Source: Methylotuvimicrobium buryatense 5G (lineage in GTDB: Bacteria; Pseudomonadota; Gammaproteobacteria; Methylococcales; Methylomonadaceae). From it: a stretch of DNA of 24,000 nt. The notes below the pieces were generated by a model, which worked only from the letters and a program-made list of their open reading frames with translations, ran no database searches and was not told where the DNA came from. A program made the position numbers and the translations under genes. The DNA is taken from positions 453,778 through 477,777 of the forward strand of contig NZ_KB455575.1 of NCBI RefSeq assembly GCF_000341735.1, given 5' to 3'. Below, one piece after another: positions 1 to 9,244 of this stretch. Each line of letters starts with the position of its first letter. Position 1 is the first letter of the stretch.

Positions 1-503
1 TCGCTTGTGTCGGAGGCGGGTCGAACGCGATCGGTTTGTTTTATCCGTTTATCGATGATGCCTCGGTTAAGATGTACGGTGTCGAAGCGGCCGGAGACGG
101 CGTCGAAACCGGACGTCATTCTGCTCCGCTTTGCGCTGGACGCCCCGGAGTTTTGCACGGCAACCGGACTTATTTAATCGAGGACGATGATGGTGAAATC
201 ATCGAAACGCATTCAATCTCGGCGGGTTTGGATTACCCCGGTGTCGGACCCGAGCATGCCTGGTTGAAAGACGCCGGACGTGCCGAATATGTCAACATCA
301 CCGATGATGAGGCCTTAAGGGGGTTTCATGATCTAACCGAAATGGAAGGCATTATTCCTGCGCTGGAATCGAGTCATGCGATTGCTTATACGACAAAACT
401 GGCGCCGACCATGCCTAAAGATAGCATTATTATTATCAATCTTTCCGGTCGTGGCGATAAAGACATCATGACCTTGGCGCAACGCGAGGGAATAGAACTG
501 TGA
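1..503 (+). CDS. trpB: tryptophan synthase beta chain, C-terminal part (5' end lies outside the window)
   Basis: The frame is open from the window edge ([19 protein letters not shown]...[11 protein letters not shown]...[11 protein letters not shown]...SSHAIA...NLSGRGDKD), which are typical TrpB C-terminal motifs. The TGA stop overlaps the GTG start of trpA (GTGA). Confidence 0.9.
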   Translation, partial: ACVGGGSNAIGLFYPFIDDASVKMYGVEAAGDGVETGRHSAPLCAGRPGVLHGNRTYLIEDDDGEIIETHSISAGLDYPGVGPEHAWLKDAGRAEYVNITDDEALRGFHDLTEMEGIIPALESSHAIAYTTKLAPTMPKDSIIIINLSGRGDKDIMTLAQREGIEL

Positions 504-1303
504 GCCGATTAGCCGCTAAATTCGAAGAGCTTTCCAAATCCGGCCGCAAGGCTTTAATTCCATTTTTGACGGCCGGCGATCCGCATCCGAATTTTACCGT
601 ACCGATGATGCATGCGATGGTGGAAGCGGGCGTTGATATTATTGAACTTGGCGTACCGTTTTCCGATCCGATGGCGGACGGACCGGTCATTCAGAAAGCC
701 AGCGAACGCGCCTTGGCGCATAAAATGAGTTTAAGAAAAGTACTCAATGCAGTCGCCGAGTTCAGGAAAAAGGATGACCAAACGCCTGTCGTGTTAATGG
801 GTTATTTAAATCCGATCGAGGCAATGGGTTACGAGGATTTCGCCAATGCGGCACAACGCGTCGAAATCGATGGCGTGCTGACGGTCGATTTGCCGCCCGA
901 AGAGGCCGATTTCTGTGTTTCGTTGCTGAAAGAACGCGGCATCGATCCGATTTTTTTGTTGGCGCCTAATAGCAATGAAGAACGCATTCGTAAAATGGAT
1001 GCGGCGGGTAGTGGCTATATTTACTACGTTTCACTCAAAGGTGTAACCGGCGCCGGGCACTTGAACACCGCCGATGTCGAGGAAAGGCTGAAGTTAATCC
1101 GTGCCAATACTCGATTGCCAATCGGTATCGGCTTCGGTGTCAAGGATGCCGAAACGGCGAAGACAGTGGCGAACTTAGGTGATGGTGTCGTTGTCGGTAG
1201 CGCCTTGATCAGTAAAATCGAAGCGAATTTGGATAATCCGGAGCAGGCATGCTCCGAAATAGTCGATTTACTTAAAGCCATGCGCGCCGCAATGGATGAA
1301 TAA
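500..1303 (+). CDS. trpA: tryptophan synthase alpha chain
   Basis: 267 aa. [28 protein letters not shown] and [10 protein letters not shown] motifs. Translationally coupled to trpB. Confidence 0.9.
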   Translation: MSRLAAKFEELSKSGRKALIPFLTAGDPHPNFTVPMMHAMVEAGVDIIELGVPFSDPMADGPVIQKASERALAHKMSLRKVLNAVAEFRKKDDQTPVVLMGYLNPIEAMGYEDFANAAQRVEIDGVLTVDLPPEEADFCVSLLKERGIDPIFLLAPNSNEERIRKMDAAGSGYIYYVSLKGVTGAGHLNTADVEERLKLIRANTRLPIGIGFGVKDAETAKTVANLGDGVVVGSALISKIEANLDNPEQACSEIVDLLKAMRAAMDE

Positions 1304-1339
1304 GTCGTCGATCACATGAGCGAATTCGGAGTTTAAAAT

Positions 1340-2278
1340 ATGAGTTGGTTTGAAAAACTGGTCCCTTCAACTATCAGAACAGACGGGAATAACAAGAAAA
1401 AAGGCGCAGTGCCTGAGGGGTTATGGACCAAGTGCCCGAATTGTAACGCGATTCTTTATAACAACGAATTGGAACGCAATTCCAGCGTGTGCCCTAAATG
1501 CAATCATCACATGCGGATATCGGCAAGAGTCCGCTTGGCATTATTTCTCGATGAGCAGGGTCAAGAAGAAATCGGTCAACAAATCAAACCGACCGACCCG
1601 CTTAAATTCAAGGATTCCAAACGATACAAAGACCGTATCAGCCAAGCGCAAAAACAGACTAAGGAAAGCGACGCCCTGGTAGTGATTAAGGGTAAGCTCA
1701 AGAATAAGGATATCGTGGCTGCCGCGTTCGATTTTAGTTTTATGGGCGGTTCGATGGGCTCGGTTGTCGGTGAGCGTTTTGTGCGAGGCGTTAATAAGAG
1801 CCTCGAAATCGGTGCGCCGTTCATTGTTTTTACCGCCAGCGGCGGCGCCCGCATGCAGGAGTCGTTGTTTTCATTGTTTCAAATGGCGAAAACCAGCGCG
1901 GCCTTGACACGGTTGTCGGAAGCGGGATTGCCGTTTATTTCGTGTATGACCGACCCTACGATGGGCGGTGTATCCGCGAGTTTGGCGATGCTTGGCGATA
2001 TCAATGTCGCCGAGCCGAATGCCTTGATCGGTTTTGCAGGGCCTCGCGTCATCGAGCAAACCGTTCGAGAAAAATTGCCCGAAGGTTTTCAACGTAGCGA
2101 GTTTCTGCAAGAGCACGGCGCAATCGACATGATTATCGATAGGCGTGAAATGCGCGATAAAATTGCTGCTATGCTGGCGATGTTGATGGCTTCCCGGATG
2201 GAAACGAAAATAAGTCCGAATGTAGACGAGCCTATTATCTTGGCCGAAGCCGAGCCTTTGCCTGTCGTTCAGGATTGA
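1340..2278 (+). CDS. accD: acetyl-CoA carboxylase carboxyltransferase beta subunit
   Basis: 312 aa. N-terminal Cys4 zinc finger (CPNCNAILY...CPKCNHH) and carboxyltransferase core ([23 protein letters not shown]). Confidence 0.92.
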   Translation: MSWFEKLVPSTIRTDGNNKKKGAVPEGLWTKCPNCNAILYNNELERNSSVCPKCNHHMRISARVRLALFLDEQGQEEIGQQIKPTDPLKFKDSKRYKDRISQAQKQTKESDALVVIKGKLKNKDIVAAAFDFSFMGGSMGSVVGERFVRGVNKSLEIGAPFIVFTASGGARMQESLFSLFQMAKTSAALTRLSEAGLPFISCMTDPTMGGVSASLAMLGDINVAEPNALIGFAGPRVIEQTVREKLPEGFQRSEFLQEHGAIDMIIDRREMRDKIAAMLAMLMASRMETKISPNVDEPIILAEAEPLPVVQD

Positions 2279-2338
2279 GTGTAATTATAAATTGGCAGCA
2301 ATTATAATCGGCACAATGATTCTACAGTTGCGGTTAGA

Positions 2339-2467
2339 CCACGATAAGCACGAAAGACACAACAAAAATCGGTCCGCGATAGGGCTTAAGTTTGCAGTTA
2401 TTGGATGTGGCGATCCACGACTGGCTATTACGTTGGCGCTTTCGTGCTTTTTTGTGTTTTCGTGGAC
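2339..2467. repeat. about 130-bp imperfect palindromic element built from TTTCGTG/CACGAAA-rich arms, in the accD-folC spacer
   Basis: The left arm CCACGATAAGCACGAAAGACACAACAAAAA (2339-2368) is roughly the reverse complement of the right arm CTTTCGTGCTTTTTTGTGTTTTCGTGGAC (2439-2467). The right arm recurs at 8489-8517. Confidence 0.5.
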
Positions 2468-2484
2468 CCCATAATTTTTCTGAG

Positions 2485-3753
2485 ATGAAGCATTTTGATA
2501 CGCTTGAGGGCTGGCTGAAGTGGCAGGAAGGTTTGCACCCGCAAACAATCGATCTAGGCTTAGAGCGAGTTCTGTGCGTATTTCGCGCATTACAGCAGGA
2601 TTACGATAAACCGCCGACGATCACGGTAGCCGGAACCAACGGTAAAGGCTCTTGCGTGGCTTTTTTAGAATTTATTTATCGGGCTCAAGGTTATCGAGTC
2701 GGCACATATACTTCTCCGCATATTTTAAGGTATAACGAACGTATAAAAATTGACGGTAAACCGGTTAGCGACGATTTGATCTGTTCGGCTTTCGAGCGTA
2801 TTGAATCGGTGCGAGACGGTGTGTCGTTGAGTTACTTTGAATTCGGTACTTTGGCCGCGCTTGATATTTTTTCCAGGGCCAATCTCGATGTGCAATTGTT
2901 GGAGGTAGGTTTGGGCGGGCGTCTTGATGCCGTCAATATTGTGGACCCCGACGTTTCTATTATTTCCAGCATCGGGATCGATCATGCGGAATGGCTCGGC
3001 GAAACGCGCGAGCTGATCGGTCGTGAAAAAGCCGGTATTTTCAGAAAGCAAGTTCCTGCGATTATCAGTGATCCTGAGCCACCCGACTCGATATCCGAAT
3101 ATGCAAACGAAATCGAGTCTCAGGCTTTTTTTATCGGGTGCGATTTTGCTTATCGGAAGCAGTCGAAAGGTTGGATATGGTACACACCAGATCGGCAGAT
3201 CGACCGATTGCCGGAACCTAATCTCAAAGGCGAGCATCAATATCGAAATGCGGCTGCTGTGGTAATGGCCGTGACCCTAATGTCTTCACGACTGCCGATT
3301 AGTGTGGATTCGATAAGGCGGGGCATCGAATCCGTTGAGCTTACCGGACGTTTTCAATTCATTAATGACGAACTACCAGTCTTGCTTGATGTCGGGCATA
3401 ATCCGCAAGCGGTTCAGACCTTGGTCGACTATCTGAGCGATAATTTCCCGGACAAACGCATTCATGCCGTTTTTGCGATGATGAAGGATAAGGATATTCC
3501 GGGCGTTATCGATATCATGAAGCCGTTGGTTCATCGATGGTATTTTGCGCCGATAAATGACAATCCGCGATGCGCTTCCGAGACGATGATGCAAGAGTAT
3601 TTTGAGCAGTGCAAAATTACGGCTGTCGATTTCGGTTTTTCCGGATTGCAAGATGCATTGAATAGTGCCAAGGCTAAAGCCGGAAAAAACGATTTATTAT
3701 TGGTTTTCGGCTCTTTCTTTTTAGTATCTGAATATTTGGCTGGTTTAGCTTAG
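2485..3753 (+). CDS. folC: bifunctional folylpolyglutamate synthase / dihydrofolate synthase
   Basis: Mur-ligase-type P-loop (VAGTNGKGS) and conserved position after accD. Start placed at MKHFDTLEGWL (ATG 2485), because the upstream extension from 2392 lies in the repeat element. Confidence 0.85.
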   Translation: MKHFDTLEGWLKWQEGLHPQTIDLGLERVLCVFRALQQDYDKPPTITVAGTNGKGSCVAFLEFIYRAQGYRVGTYTSPHILRYNERIKIDGKPVSDDLICSAFERIESVRDGVSLSYFEFGTLAALDIFSRANLDVQLLEVGLGGRLDAVNIVDPDVSIISSIGIDHAEWLGETRELIGREKAGIFRKQVPAIISDPEPPDSISEYANEIESQAFFIGCDFAYRKQSKGWIWYTPDRQIDRLPEPNLKGEHQYRNAAAVVMAVTLMSSRLPISVDSIRRGIESVELTGRFQFINDELPVLLDVGHNPQAVQTLVDYLSDNFPDKRIHAVFAMMKDKDIPGVIDIMKPLVHRWYFAPINDNPRCASETMMQEYFEQCKITAVDFGFSGLQDALNSAKAKAGKNDLLLVFGSFFLVSEYLAGLA

Positions 3754-3762
3754 AGGTTAACG

Positions 3763-4773
3763 ATGGACCAGGAATTAAAACAAAGATTGATCGGCGCAGT
3801 TGTCATTACCGCGTTGGCCGCTATTTTTGTACCGATGCTGTTTGACGATCCCATTGAAGAAAGTGGTCAAATAGTCAACGAATTGACTTTACCCGAACCT
3901 CCTGTGGAGGCCTTTACCAAGACTGCCGAAAGTCTTCCGGAGGACAGTCGTCCGCAATCGGTGGAAGTGGCAGTTGACGAAACTGCAAAGCTTTCCGACG
4001 AGCTCGAAGGATTAACTCAAGAAGAGCTCGATTACATGGGGCCTGTCGATGACGGATCGGAGCTCAAACCTATTGATAAAACCACGTTACCGAGTTCCTT
4101 GGTCGAAGCGGAAACGGCTAAATCGTTAACAGTTGACAAAACCGCGACGAATTCGACTCCGATTGCCAAAGTACCCGAAACTAAAACAGAGGTGCCCGCT
4201 TCATTGCCGATTGCGGAACTCGTGACTTGGTACATACAGCCAGGCAGTTTTAGTAAGAGGGATAATGCATTTGCATTACGCGACAAATTGCGTTCCCAAG
4301 GTTTTCCGGCTTCGGTTGAGGAGTTCGATGTCCGTGGAGCAAAATCCTATCGGGTTTTGGTTGGGCCTGAAACCGATAAAAGCAAAGCTCAGGCGCTCAG
4401 AGTTCGATTGGATGCCGCCAATAATTTGAATAGTTTGTTATTGTCGGTCAATAAGCCCAAAGCTCTTGAACCGGCAACTGCTAAGGCGCAAGCAAGCAAA
4501 TCGGCCGTTCCGCAGAGTGTACCTACTCAAAGTACCGGAATGGTTAAGTGGTATATCCAGTTAGGCAGCTTCAGTAAACAGGAAAATGCGGATTCACTTC
4601 GTGATAAGCTGCGCGCGCAAGGTTTTCCTGCCGCCGTTACCGAAGTCGATACCGTGCAAGGTAAAGCGTATCGTCTTCGTGTCGGTCCCGAACTCGATAA
4701 AAAACGGGCTGAAACGCAACTGATACAATTGGACAGCCAACACAGTCTGAAAGGTTTTCTGGTTTCCGAATGA
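3763..4773 (+). CDS. dedD: SPOR-domain cell-division protein with an N-terminal membrane anchor and two tandem SPOR domains
   Basis: N-terminal TM helix (LIGAVVITALAAIFVPMLF), an acidic/Pro-rich linker, and two copies of WYIQxGSFSKxxNAxxLRDKLRxQGFPAxV...YRxxVGPExDK. Occupies the dedD position between folC and cvpA. Confidence 0.75.
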   Translation: MDQELKQRLIGAVVITALAAIFVPMLFDDPIEESGQIVNELTLPEPPVEAFTKTAESLPEDSRPQSVEVAVDETAKLSDELEGLTQEELDYMGPVDDGSELKPIDKTTLPSSLVEAETAKSLTVDKTATNSTPIAKVPETKTEVPASLPIAELVTWYIQPGSFSKRDNAFALRDKLRSQGFPASVEEFDVRGAKSYRVLVGPETDKSKAQALRVRLDAANNLNSLLLSVNKPKALEPATAKAQASKSAVPQSVPTQSTGMVKWYIQLGSFSKQENADSLRDKLRAQGFPAAVTEVDTVQGKAYRLRVGPELDKKRAETQLIQLDSQHSLKGFLVSE

Positions 4774-4793
4774 GTTTTATAGGAGATGCGGAT

Positions 4794-5285
4794 ATGATCT
4801 GGGTCGATTATGCCATTTTGGGGTTGATCTCCATTTCTTTGGTGATCGGTTTGTTTAGAGGCTTTGTCGAAGAGGCTTTCTCACTGGTATTGTGGGTCGT
4901 CGCGATTTGGCTCGGATTAACGTTTAGTCGGGAGTTTTCCGCGCTTTTGGAGCCGGTTTTTAGCGTGCCTTCGGCACGCATTGCCGCAGCCTTTGCGGCA
5001 TTGTTTTTTGCCGTGTTGATTGGAGGTGCGTTGGTCAATTTAATTTTACGAAAATTGGTCAAGCAGACCGGATTAACCGGGTCGGATCGTTTTGTCGGAA
5101 TGATTTTCGGTATCGCTCGCGGATTGGTGGTCGTCACGGTGTGCATCATGTTGGCCGGTTTGACGCCGCTTCCCGAAGATGCTTGGTGGAAGGAATCGAC
5201 TTTGATTCCGCCCTTTCAATCGCTTGCCGTTTGGCTACGGGAACATATCCCGTCAGACGTGATGAGCTATGTTAATTATCGTTGA
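4794..5285 (+). CDS. cvpA: colicin V production / membrane integrity protein CvpA
   Basis: The MIWVDYAILGL...RGFVEEAFSL N-terminus matches CvpA and the protein has 4 predicted TM segments. AGGAG lies 8 nt upstream of ATG 4794. An alternative ATG at 4770 overlaps the dedD stop. Confidence 0.8.
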   Translation: MIWVDYAILGLISISLVIGLFRGFVEEAFSLVLWVVAIWLGLTFSREFSALLEPVFSVPSARIAAAFAALFFAVLIGGALVNLILRKLVKQTGLTGSDRFVGMIFGIARGLVVVTVCIMLAGLTPLPEDAWWKESTLIPPFQSLAVWLREHIPSDVMSYVNYR

Positions 5286-5306
5286 TTAAAATTTTAGGTT
5301 TAAAGC

Positions 5307-6815
5307 ATGTGTGGTATTGCCGGTATTGTTGCTCATAAATACGTTAATCAAGAACTGTACGATGCGTTGACCGTATTGCAGCACAGGGGGCAAGATGCGA
5401 GCGGCATCGTGACCTGTGAAAACGGACGCTTGCATTTGCGTAAGGATAACGGCCTGGTTAGGGATGTTTTCACGACTAGTCAAATGTTGAAGCTCAAGGG
5501 TAATATGGGCATTGGTCATGTGCGCTATCCGACCGCCGGATGCACGAGCTCGGCCGAGGCGCAGCCTTTTTATGTGAATTCGCCGTTCGGCCTGACGTTG
5601 GCTCATAACGGCAATTTAACTAACACCGAAGCATTGAAACACGTTTTGTTCATCGAAGATCAACGTCATATTAATACCGACTCCGATTCCGAAGTATTGC
5701 TCAATGTTTTTGCGCATGAACTGCAGCAATTGCGTAAGTTGAAATTGACTGTGGACGATGTGTTTACCGCGGTTTCCAGAGTTCACCAGCGTGTACGCGG
5801 CGCTTACGCGGTCGTCGTAATGATAGCGGGTTTCGGCATCTTAGGCTTTCGCGACCCGCACGGCATCCGGCCTATCGTATTCGGTGAAAGAAAATCCGAT
5901 AAAGGCAGTGAATTCATGATCGCTTCCGAAAGCGTCGCGTTGGATGTCTTGGGCTTTGATCTTATTCGGGATATCGAGCCCGGAGAAGCGGTGTTCATTG
6001 AGGAATCCGGTGCCTTGCATACCAAGCAATGTTCCGATTTCGTCGATCATTGCCCTTGTATGTTCGAATATGTCTATTTTGCTCGACCCGATTCGATCAT
6101 CGACGATATCCAGGTTTATAAGGCCCGCTTGAGAATGGGTGAAAAACTGGCCGATAAAATTATGCGTATTTGGCCGGATCACGATATCGATGTGGTGATA
6201 CCGATTCCCGATACCAGCCGAACTGCGGCATTGCAGTTGGCTAACAAACTTCATGTCAAATACCGAGAAGGTTTTATCAAAAACCGTTATATCGGTAGGA
6301 CGTTCATTATGCCGGGGCAACAAAAGCGCAAAAAATCGGTTAAGCAAAAGCTCAATGCGATCGATTTGGAATTCGACGGTAAAAATGTTCTACTAATAGA
6401 CGACTCTGTCGTCAGAGGAACAACTTCGGAACAAATTATACAAATGGCCCGGGAAGCCGGGGCTAAAAAAGTGTATTTTGCATCGGCAGCACCGCCGGTC
6501 AGATATCCTAATGTCTACGGTATCGACATGCCGGTAGTGGAAGAATTAATTGCGCACGGCCGTACCGAAGACGAGGTTTGCGAAGCGATCGGCGCGGATC
6601 GTTTGATTTATCAGGATTTAGAGGACTTGATCGAGGCGGTAAGACGAGGCAATAGAGATATTCAGCATTTCGATACATCGTGCTTCAGCCGCGAATATAT
6701 TACCGGTGATATCGACGATGCCTATTTGGAGAATGTTCAAGCCTTGCGTAACGATGATGCTCAGGCAAAAAGAAATTCGGAAAATTTTATTATAGAAATA
6801 CAGAATTCAGACTAA
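5307..6815 (+). CDS. purF: amidophosphoribosyltransferase
   Basis: MCGI N-terminal nucleophile, RGQDASGI, and PRPP-binding loop ([14 protein letters not shown]). 502 aa. Confidence 0.95.
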   Translation: MCGIAGIVAHKYVNQELYDALTVLQHRGQDASGIVTCENGRLHLRKDNGLVRDVFTTSQMLKLKGNMGIGHVRYPTAGCTSSAEAQPFYVNSPFGLTLAHNGNLTNTEALKHVLFIEDQRHINTDSDSEVLLNVFAHELQQLRKLKLTVDDVFTAVSRVHQRVRGAYAVVVMIAGFGILGFRDPHGIRPIVFGERKSDKGSEFMIASESVALDVLGFDLIRDIEPGEAVFIEESGALHTKQCSDFVDHCPCMFEYVYFARPDSIIDDIQVYKARLRMGEKLADKIMRIWPDHDIDVVIPIPDTSRTAALQLANKLHVKYREGFIKNRYIGRTFIMPGQQKRKKSVKQKLNAIDLEFDGKNVLLIDDSVVRGTTSEQIIQMAREAGAKKVYFASAAPPVRYPNVYGIDMPVVEELIAHGRTEDEVCEAIGADRLIYQDLEDLIEAVRRGNRDIQHFDTSCFSREYITGDIDDAYLENVQALRNDDAQAKRNSENFIIEIQNSD

Positions 6816-6871
6816 GCAAAGTCTATGCTGGAAACCTATAGAAACGTCTCACGAGTGAGTAAAGGAGCAAC

Positions 6872-8062
6872 ATGAAAGATACCGATTGGAACGATTATTC
6901 GCTCGAAACTCAGGCCATTAGAGCAGGGCATCGTCGCACGGGCGAAGCAGAGCATAGCATTCCTATATTTACGACATCCAGTTATGTGTTTGACAGCGCC
7001 GAAGAAGCCTCATTGAAGTTTACCGGCCAAATTCCCGGTAATATCTATTCCCGCTTTACCAATCCGACTGTCAATGCATTTCAAGAACGGCTAGCCGGGA
7101 TGGAAAATGGTGAGCGTTGCCTGGCTTTTGCGTCGGGCATGGCCGCAATCATGGCGGTAGGCATGGGTTTGCTGAAATCGGGCGATCATGTGGTAGTTTC
7201 GCGCGGTGTATTCGGCAATACCGTATTAATGTTTCAAAATTATTTTGCAAAGTTCGGCGTGGACAGCGATTTTGTCGCCTTAACCGATTTGGCCGCTTGG
7301 GAAGCGGCAATCAAACCGAATACCCGTTTTTTGTTTTTGGAGACGCCATCTAATCCGTTGACTGAAATCGCCGATATTCAAGCGCTTGCCGACTTAGCGC
7401 ATCGGCATGATTGCTTGCTCATTGTCGACAATTGTTTCTGTACGCCGGCACTGCAAAAACCGCTCGACCTCGGCGCCGATATTATCGTCCATTCGGCGAC
7501 CAAATATATCGATGGTCATGGCCGTTGTGTCGGCGGTGCTGTTGTCGCTTCCGATGAAATCATCGAAAAAGCTATTTATCCTTATTTGCGCACAGGCGGC
7601 GCTACGATGAGTCCCTTTAATGCCTGGGCTTTTCTGTCGGGACTCGAAACGCTGGCACTGCGCATGGAAAAACATTGCGCCAATGCTTTGGATTTAGCTC
7701 GTTGGTTGGAAAAGCAACCAGGAGTAGAAAGGGTTCACTATCCGGGTCTGGAATCGCATCCGCAACATGAGTTGGCAAAGCGTCAGCAAACCGGATTCGG
7801 CGGCATCGTGAGTTTCGAATTGAAGGGCGGTAAGGAGCCGGCTTGGAATTTAATCGATTCGACGCGCATGATTTCGATTACGGCAAACCTGGGTGACGTC
7901 AAAAGCACAATCACTCATCCTGCGACCACCACACATGGCCGTCTGTCGCCTGAGGCGCGGGACGCTGCGGGAATCAAGGATGGTTTGGTGCGTATTTCGG
8001 TCGGTCTCGAAAACATCGAGGACATCAAAAAAGATTTGTCAGCAGTGAATGCTTTTGTTTAG
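6872..8062 (+). CDS. metZ: O-succinylhomoserine sulfhydrylase (PLP-dependent Cys/Met metabolism family)
   Basis: 396 aa. Cys/Met-metabolism PLP fold (HSATKYIDGHG with the lysine). The N-terminus and the position directly after purF match MetZ of Pseudomonas. Confidence 0.8.
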   Translation: MKDTDWNDYSLETQAIRAGHRRTGEAEHSIPIFTTSSYVFDSAEEASLKFTGQIPGNIYSRFTNPTVNAFQERLAGMENGERCLAFASGMAAIMAVGMGLLKSGDHVVVSRGVFGNTVLMFQNYFAKFGVDSDFVALTDLAAWEAAIKPNTRFLFLETPSNPLTEIADIQALADLAHRHDCLLIVDNCFCTPALQKPLDLGADIIVHSATKYIDGHGRCVGGAVVASDEIIEKAIYPYLRTGGATMSPFNAWAFLSGLETLALRMEKHCANALDLARWLEKQPGVERVHYPGLESHPQHELAKRQQTGFGGIVSFELKGGKEPAWNLIDSTRMISITANLGDVKSTITHPATTTHGRLSPEARDAAGIKDGLVRISVGLENIEDIKKDLSAVNAFV

Positions 8063-8228
8063 GATTTCGTAACAAATCATTTTTCGGAGTTATGGCTTTG
8101 TAGCGGGTCACTGCTGGCTCCATAATATAGAAATTATTTATCCTTAATTCGGCATTCGGTCCAAGAAATACACTAACGTTCATGAAGGCCTAGCCATCGC
8201 CCCGGCAAATGAAAGTTCTCTGGTGGCG

Positions 8229-8331
8229 GAGGGTGCGGTCACTCGACCGACAGGACGCCGTGAATACGTCCATGTAGGCTCGACGGCGGCTCCCTGCCGC
8301 CGACGCCTGTCGATCGAGCAACCGCACCCTC
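8229..8331. repeat. 103-bp imperfect palindromic intergenic element (family R2)
   Basis: The outer arm GAGGGTGCGGTCACTCGACCGACAGG pairs with CCTGTCGATCGAGCAACCGCACCCTC (23/26). The 30-bp core AGGACGCCGTGAATACGTCCATGTAGGCTC is shared with 10922-10951. Confidence 0.6.
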
Positions 8332-8488
8332 TCTGGAACCGGTATTGCCAGCACAGAGTTTTGTATATCGAAAAATTAGATAAAGTGTCCAAATCTACGA
8401 ACTTTCACAGTAAAGTATTCATGCGGTTCCATAAATCTTTTTAAGCCCTCATTGGGTGAGCGGCTTGGAACGTATAGTTAATTGAATA

Positions 8489-8517
8489 TTTTCGTGATTT
8501 TCGTGTGTTTCGTGGAC
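8489..8517 (+). repeat. second copy of the TTTCGTG-rich motif ending in TTTCGTGGAC
   Basis: TTTTCGTGATTTTCGTGTGTTTCGTGGAC compared with CTTTCGTGCTTTTTTGTGTTTTCGTGGAC at 2439-2467. Both are in the same orientation and upstream of a + strand gene. Confidence 0.45.
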
Positions 8518-8681
8518 AGAATATACTTTTTATAAGTTTATGAACAAATCCTTGGTGCATGAATTCAGGAAAAATTCAGGTGTTTTTTTGCAGTATTAAC
8601 CCTCGACTCGTTTTTAGCGATCGGTGTTTTGGCATATAATAGTCAGCTATCTTTTCACTTTTCCGCAATAGGAAGTCAATA

Positions 8682-9242
8682 ATGAAAAAATTCACGCTCT
8701 TAGTTTCAGCTTTGTTTTTGTTTGCAGCCGGTGCCCATGCTCATGGCCCTGTGCGTCAGAAAGTAAAGCAGGATATCACCATTAATGCACCGGCTGATAA
8801 AGTCTGGGCATTGATTAAAAACTTCGACGATATGTCATGGTTGCCGGCAGTAGCCAGCACAACAGGTGAGGGCGGTAACAAGAAAGGCGCGACCCGCGTT
8901 TTGACGCTAAAAGACGGGGGCTCGATTACCGAAGAATTGAAAAAGCATGACGATAAAAAAATGAGTTATGCCTATAAAATCAAAGAAATGAGTGTCGAAA
9001 AAACCATTTCGCACTCCGGTCAAGATGAAGACGTACCGGTATTGCCGGTTAGCAACTACGCGGCCAGCATAGACCTCAAGGCTAAAGGCGACAAAACGCA
9101 GGTCATCTGGCAGGCTGGTTACTACCGCGCTTACATGAATAACAATCCGCCCGCTGAAATGAACGAAGAAGCGGCTAATACTGCCGTTAACGCTATTTTC
9201 AAGGAAGGCTTGGAAAACCTGAAAGCCTTAGCCGAAAAATAA
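8682..9242 (+). CDS. secreted SRPBCC (Bet v1/polyketide-cyclase-like) protein, MxaD-like
   Basis: Sec signal peptide MKKFTLLVSALFLFAAGAHA|HGP. The mature part (INAPADKVWALIKNFDDMSWLP...GATRVLTLKDGG...MSYAYKI) has the SRPBCC pattern I recall for the periplasmic methanol-dehydrogenase accessory protein MxaD. Confidence 0.7.
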   Translation: MKKFTLLVSALFLFAAGAHAHGPVRQKVKQDITINAPADKVWALIKNFDDMSWLPAVASTTGEGGNKKGATRVLTLKDGGSITEELKKHDDKKMSYAYKIKEMSVEKTISHSGQDEDVPVLPVSNYAASIDLKAKGDKTQVIWQAGYYRAYMNNNPPAEMNEEAANTAVNAIFKEGLENLKALAEK

Positions 9243-9244
9243 GG

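Noticed and set aside
2392-2484. Upstream extension of folC (ORF-track start at 2392) and ORFs 2285-2590 (-) and 2292-2474 (+)
   Set aside because: The extension is encoded by the TTTCGTG palindromic repeat (FRAFLCFRGP...). Conserved FolC sequence begins at MKHFDTLEGW (2485).
5841-6347. Long antisense ORFs inside housekeeping genes (for example 5841-6347 (-) in purF, 2725-3240 (-) in folC, 11552-11926 (+) in the antiporter, 16649-17029 (+) in mtaD)
   Set aside because: These are shadow ORFs opposite well-supported genes, with no independent motifs or start signals.
6816-6871. Possible SAM or other riboswitch ahead of metZ
   Set aside because: The spacer is only 56 nt and contains just an AAAGGAG SD, which is too short for any known methionine/SAM leader.
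8180-8444. ORFs 8180-8392 (-) and 8223-8444 (+) in the metZ-SRPBCC spacer
   Set aside because: They run through the R2 palindrome and overlap each other on opposite strands. Arg/Pro/Cys-rich junk composition and no SD. They are translations of a repeat, not genes.
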